From Candidatus Heimdallarchaeota archaeon (lineage in GTDB: Archaea > Asgardarchaeota > Heimdallarchaeia > JABLTI01), in assembly GCA_019056785.1 (NCBI GenBank), contig DXJV01000001.1:10600-74599 (forward strand): 64,000 nucleotides of DNA, written 5' to 3'. Made by a program: the position numbers and the translations under genes. Numbering within the stretch: position 1 is the stretch's first letter; each line of letters begins with the position of its first letter. Under the pieces are notes generated by a model. It was given only the letters and a program-made list of their open reading frames with translations, had not been told where the DNA came from and did no database searches. Shown here in pieces: positions 17,639 to 27,136 of the stretch.

Positions 17639-20395
17639 TTAGTTGTTCTTTTCATCATTATTTAAATACCCACTAAGTTTTGTTTGTTTTGATCTTTTTC
17701 TCCGAGAATGGGTGTAACTGTTTTCTTCCTCCTTTTTGGCAGGAAGTCTCTTTAAAATCTCATCGATGGGTTCACACGAAAAAGCCATTTTTATTTCTCT
17801 CACTGATAATTTTATGCCAAACCCTCTGGATGCTCGTAGAATCTCGGAGAGATAATATTCGCGATCGATTTCTTTGGCATATTTTGGGTGTCGCGCTCGA
17901 TCGCTAATTATTCCTTTGCCGGGGGTAATTACCCAAGGAAATTTATCAAATTCTTGCCAAGCGGTGTCAGGGTTAAGCCCTTCTCTTTTCACATAATCAA
18001 GAAACGCTTGGATTACTGGAACTTTAGTTTTGTATTCCTTTGGATTTTTTCTTAGTGGAGAACGAATCAGTGTTTTAGGGAGCAATTCTTCGAAAGGCAT
18101 TGTTAAAATTTGCTCGACCAAGTTTAGTAAGTATTCTTTTGCTTTCTGTACTCCTGTATCTTTTTCAATTTTATTCGAGGATGTTGTTAGAAGGGATTTT
18201 TCATCAACCACAGGTTCAGTCAGAATGTATTTTAAAACCTTTTTTTGTGATTCGCGCGCCAATAAAGACCAATCTGATCTTATAGCTTCAAAGCCGGTGA
18301 TTTTCAATTCATTTTTGAGAATGCTGAAGTAACTATATGCTTTGGCTCGGCCTGGTTTAAAGATCAATTTATAAGCGATGTCTTCAAGAGTGAGCTCCAT
18401 TGCTGAAGGGAATTGTTTGTTTAAAACGGCAAGAATTTTAGCAACTTGTTGGTGAAGCTGATGAAGGTAGCGCTCTTTGGTTGCAGGATTTTTTTCAGTA
18501 TAAACTTTCAATACCAATGACGGGTCCTGCATTTTAATAAAGGCAGAGTCTGTGTCTCCATAAATTATTTCAACTGGGGTGACTTTTTTTGAAACTGTTT
18601 TGAGGTACTCTTCCATTCGTAAAATATATGTTCGAGCGATATTGGTTATTGCATTTCCTAAAGTGATGGAATAAAAACGACTTCGAATGTAATTATGTGC
18701 TCCATACATACTATTAGCAACAATTTTCAAAGAATATTGCTCTTTATCAAGGATTTCCAGCTCTTCTTGAAGTTGTCGTAATTTCGAAGGGCTTTTTTCT
18801 TGAGCAATTTTATGTTCAAGGCTTTTAATGCGTTGTTTTGTTTCTTGCCGGCGATTAATGAGTGTCTCTTCCATTAATGACAGGCAAGATTGCGGTTTTG
18901 AGCGAAAAAGCTCCAAAGGATTGGCATTTCGGACTTCCTTTAATCGTTTTAAAGTTTCACCACCAATATTATGAGCGACACAAACGCTGGGATACATGCT
19001 TCGGAAATCACTGATAATCACCGCTAAATGGAGCCTCCCTTTTGGAACAAGAACGGTTCCGCCGGCATGAGGATTCTTTCGATGTTCTTCTCTTCGTCGG
19101 ACAATTTCGTCATCAGAGGGGGCCATCGGAATTAGCACCCCTTTCTTCTTTGCAAAACGCATTAATTCAAATTCGCCCTGGATCCGTTCGGTGCTTCCGG
19201 GCGCTTCACCAGGTGGGTAGCCGGTTAATCGTATTATCTCGAGCCAACCATTAATTCCAAGTTTCCAAAAAAGATCATATGTTAATTGACTATCCATTAA
19301 GGAGTAGTGATAGAGTTTTTCTTTAGCTGCACTATCACCATTTAAAAAGGCTTTTCGCCATAACTCGCCAGTTGGCTGAGAAATTTCTACCTTTGTTCTC
19401 CCGAGAAGTGTTTCAGCAATATCACCCAAACCTTTTTTCCCAGAGATGGGATGAATCCCCCAAGTACGGGGAGAAAGATCATAAGAGATACGTCCCTTAA
19501 TACGGTAACAGCGATAACGACTCGAGTAAAAGACTTGATCTTCTTGAAAAAGGGATAAGCGCCGAGAAGGAATGTTTAATTTCTCCATTCGGGAAAGCAA
19601 ATAGGGCAAGTCAAATTTATCCCCGTTGAATGTCGTTAAAACATCAGGTTGAATGATTTCAAGCTCGTGTAGGAAATCTTCTAAAAGTGTTCTTTCAGCA
19701 TCGTTAGTCAATTTCTCTAATAGGAAAACTTTAGAGTGCTTTTCTTGACTGGTTGTGCCCCAAACAATAGAAATAACGGTAATTCTTTTGTCTTTTTTCT
19801 TGAGTAATTGTTGGATAGTCTCATTTTGCTGGTCAACTTCAATATCAAAAGCCAAAATTTTCAATTTATAAAAAAAATCCGCTGAAGGTATTTCTGTTTT
19901 AGAAGTGGCTCTCAAATGGCGATAACTGCCTTCACCTACTATTTTATTCTGAAATTTCTCAAGCTTGTCTAATCCCATTGTTAAAACGTTTAAACCACCA
20001 ACGGCAGTATCAAGGAGGAAGCGTTTCACAAATGGAATATCGGCTTCATGTATTTCAAAGCCGGCTCGTTGGATGCGCTCACGAATTTGTGGTGTTCTTT
20101 CTGGGTGAGAGCCATAAACTTTCAAGAGTGAAAGAATCTCTCCTCCAAAATAGCGCTTTTTTTTCACTTCTTCAATTTTTTGAAGCCATTGTTTCACTTG
20201 CAGATCTTGCGTTAAAAATTCTCGTAGCCCGGCTTTTTTCGTAATAAAAAAATAGGGTAAGAAATCTTTAATCTTGATAAGAACAAGTTCCTTCTTTGTC
20301 TTGCCAAATAGCCGTATCGCCGGAGCAGTATCTGATTCATCAATAATATAATCAATGTCGAGTAAAATGAACGTTAGTTCTTTTTGGTCTAGCAT
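17639..20395 (-). CDS. polB: Family B DNA polymerase with 3'-5' exonuclease and C-terminal PIP box
   Basis: AFDIE, FNGDKFD and YSLMD (Exo I-III); DFRSMYPS, KIVANSMYG and YGDTDS; QTKLSGYL PIP box. Confidence 0.95.
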   Translation of the reverse strand: MLDQKELTFILLDIDYIIDESDTAPAIRLFGKTKKELVLIKIKDFLPYFFITKKAGLREFLTQDLQVKQWLQKIEEVKKKRYFGGEILSLLKVYGSHPERTPQIRERIQRAGFEIHEADIPFVKRFLLDTAVGGLNVLTMGLDKLEKFQNKIVGEGSYRHLRATSKTEIPSADFFYKLKILAFDIEVDQQNETIQQLLKKKDKRITVISIVWGTTSQEKHSKVFLLEKLTNDAERTLLEDFLHELEIIQPDVLTTFNGDKFDLPYLLSRMEKLNIPSRRLSLFQEDQVFYSSRYRCYRIKGRISYDLSPRTWGIHPISGKKGLGDIAETLLGRTKVEISQPTGELWRKAFLNGDSAAKEKLYHYSLMDSQLTYDLFWKLGINGWLEIIRLTGYPPGEAPGSTERIQGEFELMRFAKKKGVLIPMAPSDDEIVRRREEHRKNPHAGGTVLVPKGRLHLAVIISDFRSMYPSVCVAHNIGGETLKRLKEVRNANPLELFRSKPQSCLSLMEETLINRRQETKQRIKSLEHKIAQEKSPSKLRQLQEELEILDKEQYSLKIVANSMYGAHNYIRSRFYSITLGNAITNIARTYILRMEEYLKTVSKKVTPVEIIYGDTDSAFIKMQDPSLVLKVYTEKNPATKERYLHQLHQQVAKILAVLNKQFPSAMELTLEDIAYKLIFKPGRAKAYSYFSILKNELKITGFEAIRSDWSLLARESQKKVLKYILTEPVVDEKSLLTTSSNKIEKDTGVQKAKEYLLNLVEQILTMPFEELLPKTLIRSPLRKNPKEYKTKVPVIQAFLDYVKREGLNPDTAWQEFDKFPWVITPGKGIISDRARHPKYAKEIDREYYLSEILRASRGFGIKLSVREIKMAFSCEPIDEILKRLPAKKEEENSYTHSRRKRSKQTKLSGYLNNDEKNN

Positions 20396-20476
20396 AAACT
20401 TACCACGCAGAAGGACTTGTTGTTGTTTGTACTCTTTAAAATGACCCTTTATTATTTTTTATTAATAAAAGAAAAA

Positions 20477-21469
20477 TTATTTGAAAGTTTTTTGCAAACG
20501 TTTAACTTCTTCTTCATTTAAAATCGTCTCTGGAGCAAGGATGATCTTGTAAAGACATTCTCGACAAATATCGGTACCAATTTTTCGTCCATAGATTTGT
20601 GAAAGAATCAGTGCGTCTTCATACCTTTTTACGCTGCACTTAATTCCGCGTGTTTCAATTATTTTCTTTGTCACCGGGCAGCGAAGATATTTCTCATTAT
20701 TGATAACAATACAGAAGTCAGGGCAAATATCTATTCCAACTGTTTCGAATGATTCTTTTTGAAGTTCTGGGATAGCTTTAAGAACCATCTGGTTTACTTC
20801 CTCATGAAACCCAAAAATTAATCTTTGTGTTTCGATAAACTCATTTTGATTCAAGCAAAAAGTTGCGCCATCAGGCATTTCTTTTAACATCGGACAGGGA
20901 TAGTGAAAAGTATATCTGTCTTCTTTTTTTCGTGGAATTTCAAATTTGTAAGTTTCGCCTATTGTTTCTTCCAGGATCCAATCATAAAGTTCCTTCAACC
21001 CCTCAAGAGTCACAGCACTACTACTAATCACCTTCCAATGGCGATTTATTACGCGTTTTAGTCCTAATTTTGAGATGATAACATTCGTTTTCATGACTTT
21101 TTTTAAATCCGACTTGTGGCGAAGGACACAGATGGGCGTTAGTTTTTTCTTGCTGTTTTTCAAGATGCGTTGGAATTCATTCTGCACTTCTTTAAATCGT
21201 TTCACATCTGCACCATCGATAACAAAGACAATCGCATCGGCAAAAGGCAATAAAGGGATGATCTCTTCCCGGAATTTCTCCTGTCCACCCAGATCAAAAA
21301 TGCGAAAATTCATATCTTTTACTTTAAAGGTACTCAGTGAAATGCCTAAAGTAGGAGCCGTTTTATAGACATCACCTTTGGTGAAGATATTTAAGATGGT
21401 TGTTTTTCCGGCATTGGAAAGTCCGCAAAAAAGAATTACCTGCGATTTTTCCTTTCCTACTAAGGACAT
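20477..21469 (-). CDS. Arf-family small GTPase fused to a Cys-rich domain
   Basis: GLSNAGKT, PTLG, FDLGGQE, HKSD, SSA; Cys-rich C-terminal half. Confidence 0.88.
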   Translation of the reverse strand: MSLVGKEKSQVILFCGLSNAGKTTILNIFTKGDVYKTAPTLGISLSTFKVKDMNFRIFDLGGQEKFREEIIPLLPFADAIVFVIDGADVKRFKEVQNEFQRILKNSKKKLTPICVLRHKSDLKKVMKTNVIISKLGLKRVINRHWKVISSSAVTLEGLKELYDWILEETIGETYKFEIPRKKEDRYTFHYPCPMLKEMPDGATFCLNQNEFIETQRLIFGFHEEVNQMVLKAIPELQKESFETVGIDICPDFCIVINNEKYLRCPVTKKIIETRGIKCSVKRYEDALILSQIYGRKIGTDICRECLYKIILAPETILNEEEVKRLQKTFK

Positions 21470-21529
21470 ATCTTTACTAATTTAATTTATGAGTAAAATA
21501 TATTTCGATTGGTAATAACGTCACTTTTT

Positions 21530-22594
21530 TCATTGGATAATGTCTCGCCGTTTTCTACTCAGAAAAGCTTGGTAGAGCTCCGGGGAATCGTCGAGAACAC
21601 TTTCAATAATTAAATTAACTAATCGTTCTCCTAATTGTGGAGACATATGCGCGCGTTTATGTGTTAAATAGGGAGGAGTGATAAAGCCATTGTCATCATG
21701 ATAAGTTACCATCATTTCTTGAATGTCCTTTAGTTTGTCTTTTTGTGGGAGCAAAGAATCAACCCGGATAGGAATAGCATTCTCTTTCAGAATAAAATAA
21801 GTTAAATAATAGCTTTGTAATTTTTCATTGGTAAAAACATTGGCAGCTTCCCAGATGCGTTTACGAATGTCACGAATTCGCGGTTTAAAATCAATTGGTG
21901 TGGTAAAGCCTGTTTTTCCCCCTTCTTTTAAACGAATCAATGATGTGTCGCTAATTGCAGGTATCTTTTTTTTACCATAAAGTTTTTTCACTAAGACATT
22001 TGCTCTCGAGTCTTTTGAAACACCAATGAGAATGACGTCATTAGCAATGCAGGTCTCAATCAGTTCGTAAGCTTTTCGTAGATATTTCAGAAACAATTTG
22101 TGAAAGCGCGATCCAATACCCTCTTCTGAAAGCTCCTTTTTTTCCTCGAGTAAGAACTGAAGGCTCCGAGGAATCCCTTTATAGCCAAGATTTGTTATCG
22201 AACCATCAAGAAGGAGAAAGTCGGGTTTATGTTGGGCTAATTCTATTGCTACTTCAACTTCTAAAATGTCACGCAGTAATGAGCCGAAGTTTTTCGGGTC
22301 CTCCTCGATAGTCAATATATCAACGTTATTTTTCTCAATCCAAAGTGGCTCTTTCCCTTCCTCGAAAACGGCACCCGCAGCCCTTACAGGAAAAATCGTA
22401 ACACCAAATAATTCTGCAGAATACCCGCCACCATCTAAAGCAGCAATTCTCTTGGAAGTAACTGGAGCAGGCAAAGGCGCAAGAGCGAGTTCCAATGTTT
22501 TTACTTCTTCTGTTAAAGCTTTTAGCTTTGCTTTTGCAAGGGAGATTTTCGAAGAAATTTCTATGTCAAAACCATTGATTTGTTTTTCAGACAT
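21530..22594 (-). CDS. nurA: NurA-family nuclease
   Basis: AALDGG, E-x-E, LLLDGSI, IGVSKDS and HKRAH motifs. Confidence 0.8.
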   Translation of the reverse strand: MSEKQINGFDIEISSKISLAKAKLKALTEEVKTLELALAPLPAPVTSKRIAALDGGGYSAELFGVTIFPVRAAGAVFEEGKEPLWIEKNNVDILTIEEDPKNFGSLLRDILEVEVAIELAQHKPDFLLLDGSITNLGYKGIPRSLQFLLEEKKELSEEGIGSRFHKLFLKYLRKAYELIETCIANDVILIGVSKDSRANVLVKKLYGKKKIPAISDTSLIRLKEGGKTGFTTPIDFKPRIRDIRKRIWEAANVFTNEKLQSYYLTYFILKENAIPIRVDSLLPQKDKLKDIQEMMVTYHDDNGFITPPYLTHKRAHMSPQLGERLVNLIIESVLDDSPELYQAFLSRKRRDIIQ

Positions 22595-22688
22595 GGTAAT
22601 TCCCGGAATCCAAACTCTTTTATCAGTTCTATATTAAAAAAGAAGGTTATAAACTTCTCCTAAATAGTTCTTCGAGGAAAAGCGGTTC

Positions 22689-23093
22689 TCACTTCTCAGC
22701 TCTTCTTAAAGCGAGCTTCATAAACTCTTTAGCTTCTTGTTGCCGGTTGAGGGACTTTAAAACAAGTGCTTTGTTAAAAAGTACATCGCGATTCGTTGGG
22801 TCAAGAGCAAGGAGCTCATCAAATACCGGTAACGCTTCAGTATATTTACCACACTCAAACATAACGATCCCTTTCATAAATTTATATTCAAAGTTTTCAG
22901 GATAGAGTGTGATTAATTGTTCATGCACTTTCAGTGCCTCTTCGTAATTGTTAAGATGACGAAGGCAAGAAGAAATTTCTAAGAGTACATCTGCTCTTGT
23001 CGGTTCTTTCTCTAAAAGCTCTTGAAGCCTTTGCAACTCCTTCTTAATCTCTTCAGGGTTTTTCTCATGAATATCTTCCAACAAAGAAGTCAT
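22689..23093 (-). CDS. TPR protein
   Basis: Three TPR motifs. Confidence 0.85.
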   Translation of the reverse strand: MTSLLEDIHEKNPEEIKKELQRLQELLEKEPTRADVLLEISSCLRHLNNYEEALKVHEQLITLYPENFEYKFMKGIVMFECGKYTEALPVFDELLALDPTNRDVLFNKALVLKSLNRQQEAKEFMKLALRRAEK

Positions 23094-23258
23094 CTCGGAA
23101 TGTTGTTTTTATCAAGGAATTTTTCTGTGAGCTTTTAAGGCTTCTTTTTAGTAAGAAAATGCCCAGCTTGAAGCCTATGAAAAGGTAAAAATGGTATAAA
23201 GAATTAAAATCTCCACAAAGGAAAGATTATCATAACCAAAAATACAAGATGATTTTTC

Positions 23259-24692
23259 ATGCCTTCTCAATATAAAACCAAGAAAAAGAAAGCAATCCTT
23301 ACAGAGGTAGTTTTCAATAGACGAGAAGGTGACCATCTTGCAGAATTATCCGAATTAGCCCATGTTGCCGGATATGAAGTCGTTGATAGAATAACCCAAA
23401 AATTAGACGCTCCAACAGCCCCCTACCTTTTCGGGAAGGGTAAAGCCAAAGAAATAAAGGGACGCATTAAAGAACTTGAAGCAGATGTGGTGATAATTGA
23501 AAATAAAATCGATGCCATTCAACGGAAAAATCTCCAGGCTATGTGGCATGCCCCCATAATTGACCGGTTCGAATTAATACTCGAGATTTTCATAAACCGA
23601 GCCGGCACACAAGAAGCAATAACACAAATCCGTTTAGCAGCGTTAAAAAAGGAAGGAGGAGCAAGGTCTGAGAGTCATCGCACAGTTACTTCGCGTCATG
23701 CTCTAATAAAAAAACTTGAAAAAAAACTCGATTTGATCCGAAAGTCAAAAGATGTCCGCCGAAAAAGGCGATTACTATCAGGCTTTGATTTAGTGGCAAT
23801 AGCTGGCTATACTAATGCCGGGAAAAGCACTTTAATGAATTGTTTAACTAGCGCAGGCGTCGAAGTAAGTGGAAGAATGTTTACAACCCTTGATACTACT
23901 ACAAGAAGTTTTGATGCTTTAGGTAGAAAAATTCTCATTACCGATACTGTTGGGTTGATATCAAGGCTACCCCATGCATTAATCGAAGCTTTTTATGCTA
24001 CCCTCAAAGAAATCAATGAGGCTGATCTGATACTCCTACTTATTGATGCGAATGATTCTATTGAGAATATCAAGAAGAAAGTCTTGGCTTCCATCAATAC
24101 TTTAACTGCAATTGAGGCAGAACAAATTCCCCTCCTCCCGGTTCTAAATAAAATAGATATCGCTCAAAAAGTAGAGGAGAAAGCAGCTGTTGTCGAAACA
24201 CTGACAGGGAAAAAGGCTGTTTGTATAAGCGCTAAAAAAGGGCTTCATTTAGATTTGCTGGTTAATCGGATCCTCAAAATTTTAAAAACCTATTGTTTTC
24301 ATTTGATTCTCCCAAACACCCCGGAAGGCATGTCGTTGTTTTCACGAATTCATGATAAGACAAGGCTAACTGAGAAAACATATCATCCGAGAAGCATTGA
24401 AATTCGATTCGAAACAAATGAACGAATTGCACGTTACCTTTTCAATATTATTAAAAAAAGCAAACTACCAATTGACTTTGTGAATTGTGAAGAAATCGAA
24501 AAACAATTATTAAAGACGAAAGAATCGCAAACTGGTGACAACTATAGTGTTTTCACAACTGATGAGGGTGAAGAATTCATTGTTTTTAATATTATCGAAG
24601 ATGATACGGAAAAGACGAATGCCTCTGAAAAAGAAGGGGCAACAACACTCAGCAAAAAATGGGGCTCAAAAACAACGATGGGTGAGAAATAA
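23259..24692 (+). CDS. hflX: GTPase HflX with C-terminal extension
   Basis: FGKGK, IDRFELILEIF..RA.T.EA, GYTNAGKST, FTTLDTT, DTVG, NKID, SAK. Confidence 0.93.
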   Translation: MPSQYKTKKKKAILTEVVFNRREGDHLAELSELAHVAGYEVVDRITQKLDAPTAPYLFGKGKAKEIKGRIKELEADVVIIENKIDAIQRKNLQAMWHAPIIDRFELILEIFINRAGTQEAITQIRLAALKKEGGARSESHRTVTSRHALIKKLEKKLDLIRKSKDVRRKRRLLSGFDLVAIAGYTNAGKSTLMNCLTSAGVEVSGRMFTTLDTTTRSFDALGRKILITDTVGLISRLPHALIEAFYATLKEINEADLILLLIDANDSIENIKKKVLASINTLTAIEAEQIPLLPVLNKIDIAQKVEEKAAVVETLTGKKAVCISAKKGLHLDLLVNRILKILKTYCFHLILPNTPEGMSLFSRIHDKTRLTEKTYHPRSIEIRFETNERIARYLFNIIKKSKLPIDFVNCEEIEKQLLKTKESQTGDNYSVFTTDEGEEFIVFNIIEDDTEKTNASEKEGATTLSKKWGSKTTMGEK

Positions 24693-24693
24693 C

Positions 24694-25269
24694 TTGGTGA
24701 TAAATATAACGCGTTTTTGGAAGAGTAACCAGCTTGTTTTCATAGGCATTCTCATAATCTTAGGAATAACTTCTGTACAAATAACAACAGCTTCTTACAC
24801 CAAACAGAATTTTATAATCAATCAAGACAGCAAGGTTTTTTTGGACCTTCATTCTGACAAAAATTACAATGGAAGTATTACAGTTACTGTCACAACAGGT
24901 GCTGTAAATGCAACTGTTAATGGTAAAACAAAAGAAGTAGTAGCAAGCTCTTCTCAGACTTTTCTAATCGTGAATACAAGCACCATTTATTTTGCCTTGG
25001 CTTCGACAGGTTATGCAGAAGGGTATTTTGAAATAGAATTGAATTTAGCAATCAATGGTTCAGGAAGAAATCCAATCACAATTACTATTGGAATACTTGC
25101 AGCATTTCTAGTGGTATTATCTACGGTAACTTATTACATCCGCGCAAAACGTATGGAGCCAAAACCCGGCGAAGAAAAGGATGAATTCTTGGATGAAGAA
25201 ACTTTGCGACGGCGTAAGGAAGCAGCAGGAGCAGAAAAACGCTATTTAGGCTTAGATGATAAGATTTAA
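24694..25269 (+). CDS. Membrane-anchored hypothetical protein
   Basis: Start revised to TTG 24694 (GGTGA SD 8 nt upstream, just after the hflX stop). Signal peptide, beta domain, TM, charged tail. Confidence 0.65.
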   Translation: MVINITRFWKSNQLVFIGILIILGITSVQITTASYTKQNFIINQDSKVFLDLHSDKNYNGSITVTVTTGAVNATVNGKTKEVVASSSQTFLIVNTSTIYFALASTGYAEGYFEIELNLAINGSGRNPITITIGILAAFLVVLSTVTYYIRAKRMEPKPGEEKDEFLDEETLRRRKEAAGAEKRYLGLDDKI

Positions 25270-25774
25270 GGAGAAGAAAATACAAGGAAAACGCCCCAAC
25301 AAAGGAAGGATTGGATTGAGCTTTACAATATTTATCATTCGAGATGGAGAACTATTTGGCTCTGAACTCCCACAAACAGCAGAAGACTTTGAAAAGATTA
25401 AAGCATTGAGAATTAAAGTAATCATTTCCCTAGCAGAAGAGATCAACATTGTTAAATCCCAGATAAATTTCACGAAAGATTTCGAACATTATGAACTTTT
25501 TATTGAGGATTATACCACACCAACACCAGCACAAGTGAAACGTTTTTTGGAGATTCTGAAAGAAAAAAAACGAGAGCAGAAAGCTGTGCTTGTACATTGC
25601 ATTGGCGGATGTGGGCGCACCGGTTTAATGCTCGCTCTTGCAGAGAGATTTCTATATAATGTTTTTGATGGAAAAAAGTCCATTGCAAAAATAAGAGAAA
25701 TACGCTCCTGTGCACTAGAAACACCGGAGCAGGAAGAATTTGTCATAAATTTCGATCTTGATGGTTTCTCTTAA
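25256..25774 (+). CDS. Dual-specificity/protein-tyrosine phosphatase
   Basis: HCIGGCGRTG P-loop; IED acid loop; ETPEQ. Confidence 0.9.
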   Translation: MIRFKEKKIQGKRPNKGRIGLSFTIFIIRDGELFGSELPQTAEDFEKIKALRIKVIISLAEEINIVKSQINFTKDFEHYELFIEDYTTPTPAQVKRFLEILKEKKREQKAVLVHCIGGCGRTGLMLALAERFLYNVFDGKKSIAKIREIRSCALETPEQEEFVINFDLDGFS

Positions 25775-26934
25775 AGCTCCTCCAGTTCCTCAGAAATGAC
25801 AATTTGACGTTTTCGTAATTCTTCGAGCATTTTCCCGGATGGGATGTTGAACTCTTGAACAATCACACCCTTTTTGGTTATCTCCCCCTTAGTAATCATC
25901 CTGGCAATAATGGCTACCGGGAATGCAGTCATTCGCATCATAGATGTTAGGTTAGTTTGTTCATCAAAATAATCGATTATCTGTAGTGTGAATCGTTTTC
26001 GGTTGTTCTTTTGTTTACCAATAACCCACAAGCGAAGTAAAGTAACATCTTTTGTGTCTTTATGGGTGAGCGACTTAACAAGCATGAATTCTAGAAACTC
26101 TCGTGGGGAAATTTTACACCCTTTAAAGTTAATTTTTTGTTCTTCTCTAAAGCCTAAGTCGAAAATCGTTTTGATTCTCTCACAATGTCCCTTATACCGA
26201 ATGGTTTTATAATCTAATTCTCGAACTTTTCCAAGAAAGGTTTTTGGGAGTGTGGAAGTTCCTCCGGAGGTCTGGAACGCCTCAAGTTTTCCAAATGGTG
26301 AGGGAAAAGTAATTTCTTCAATTTCCGTAAGAGATTCGACTTTCATTAACTTGCCATCATGAATGATTTCTGCCGGCTCGAGATATTCGTTTGTTAGCCC
26401 TTTCACATTAAAAATTAATGAATAGTTTAAAGGTGGTTTGGGGTTTTGTGGCAAACCGCCAACACGAATATGTATTTCTTCTAGCGTATCAAATTTCTCT
26501 GTGGCATAGGCAGTAAGGATACTTGCAACGCCGGGAGCAAGCCCACAATCAGGTATAATCGTTATCCCTGCTTTTTTTGCTTCTTCATGTAGAGAGAATT
26601 GTTGTGAAACAACAGTATTATTTCCCCCTAGATCACAATAGTTTGTTTTAGTTTCAATGGCAGTTTTCGAAAGTTCATAATTAAACTGATACGAAACACA
26701 ACCAATGGCTGTATCTACCTGTTCCATTGCCTTTCTAACATGCTCTTTTTTGGTGACATCTAAGGTTAGAGGTTTCACACGTGGGTCATTTATCCATTGA
26801 GCTACTTTCTTTGCTTGTTCAAAGTTAATATCTGCAAGCAAAATTGTTTTTGTGTCTTCATGCCGTAATAAATCAAATGCTGCTGCGCGACCCATTAGTC
26901 CTGCGCCTAAGATAAGATAGTTCATATTTCTCAC
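25771..26934 (-). CDS. Saccharopine dehydrogenase / lysine 6-dehydrogenase family
   Basis: GAGLMG, DLGG, DCGLAPG, VGGLP, YKTIRYKGH. Confidence 0.88.
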   Translation of the reverse strand: MRNMNYLILGAGLMGRAAAFDLLRHEDTKTILLADINFEQAKKVAQWINDPRVKPLTLDVTKKEHVRKAMEQVDTAIGCVSYQFNYELSKTAIETKTNYCDLGGNNTVVSQQFSLHEEAKKAGITIIPDCGLAPGVASILTAYATEKFDTLEEIHIRVGGLPQNPKPPLNYSLIFNVKGLTNEYLEPAEIIHDGKLMKVESLTEIEEITFPSPFGKLEAFQTSGGTSTLPKTFLGKVRELDYKTIRYKGHCERIKTIFDLGFREEQKINFKGCKISPREFLEFMLVKSLTHKDTKDVTLLRLWVIGKQKNNRKRFTLQIIDYFDEQTNLTSMMRMTAFPVAIIARMITKGEITKKGVIVQEFNIPSGKMLEELRKRQIVISEELEEL

Positions 26935-27136
26935 ACAGAAATTCTTCCCATAAATAGTCTTAAAAGTATTTTTAAGCTCTTTGTTCAGACTTTTTTGGTA
27001 AAATGAAACTTTTTGAGTTCTTTTTCTTCACTTATGGCTTGAATGAAAAATTAAAATATATAAAAGAACTTCTTTTTAGCTACTTGATTTTGGAATAGAA
27101 GAATTCCAGTTAAAATCAAACTAGATAAAAGCTTAT

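Noticed and set aside
17639-20395. Intein, inactivated PolB2 or Pol-epsilon-like C-terminal Zn module in PolB; proviral origin
   Set aside because: No intein motifs, catalytic YGDTDS is intact, there is no C-terminal Cys cluster, and no integrase, capsid or terminal repeats are nearby.
24535-24693. Long overlap of the 244-aa ORF with hflX
   Set aside because: An SD plus TTG/GTG just after the hflX stop gives a start that places the signal peptide at the N-terminus.
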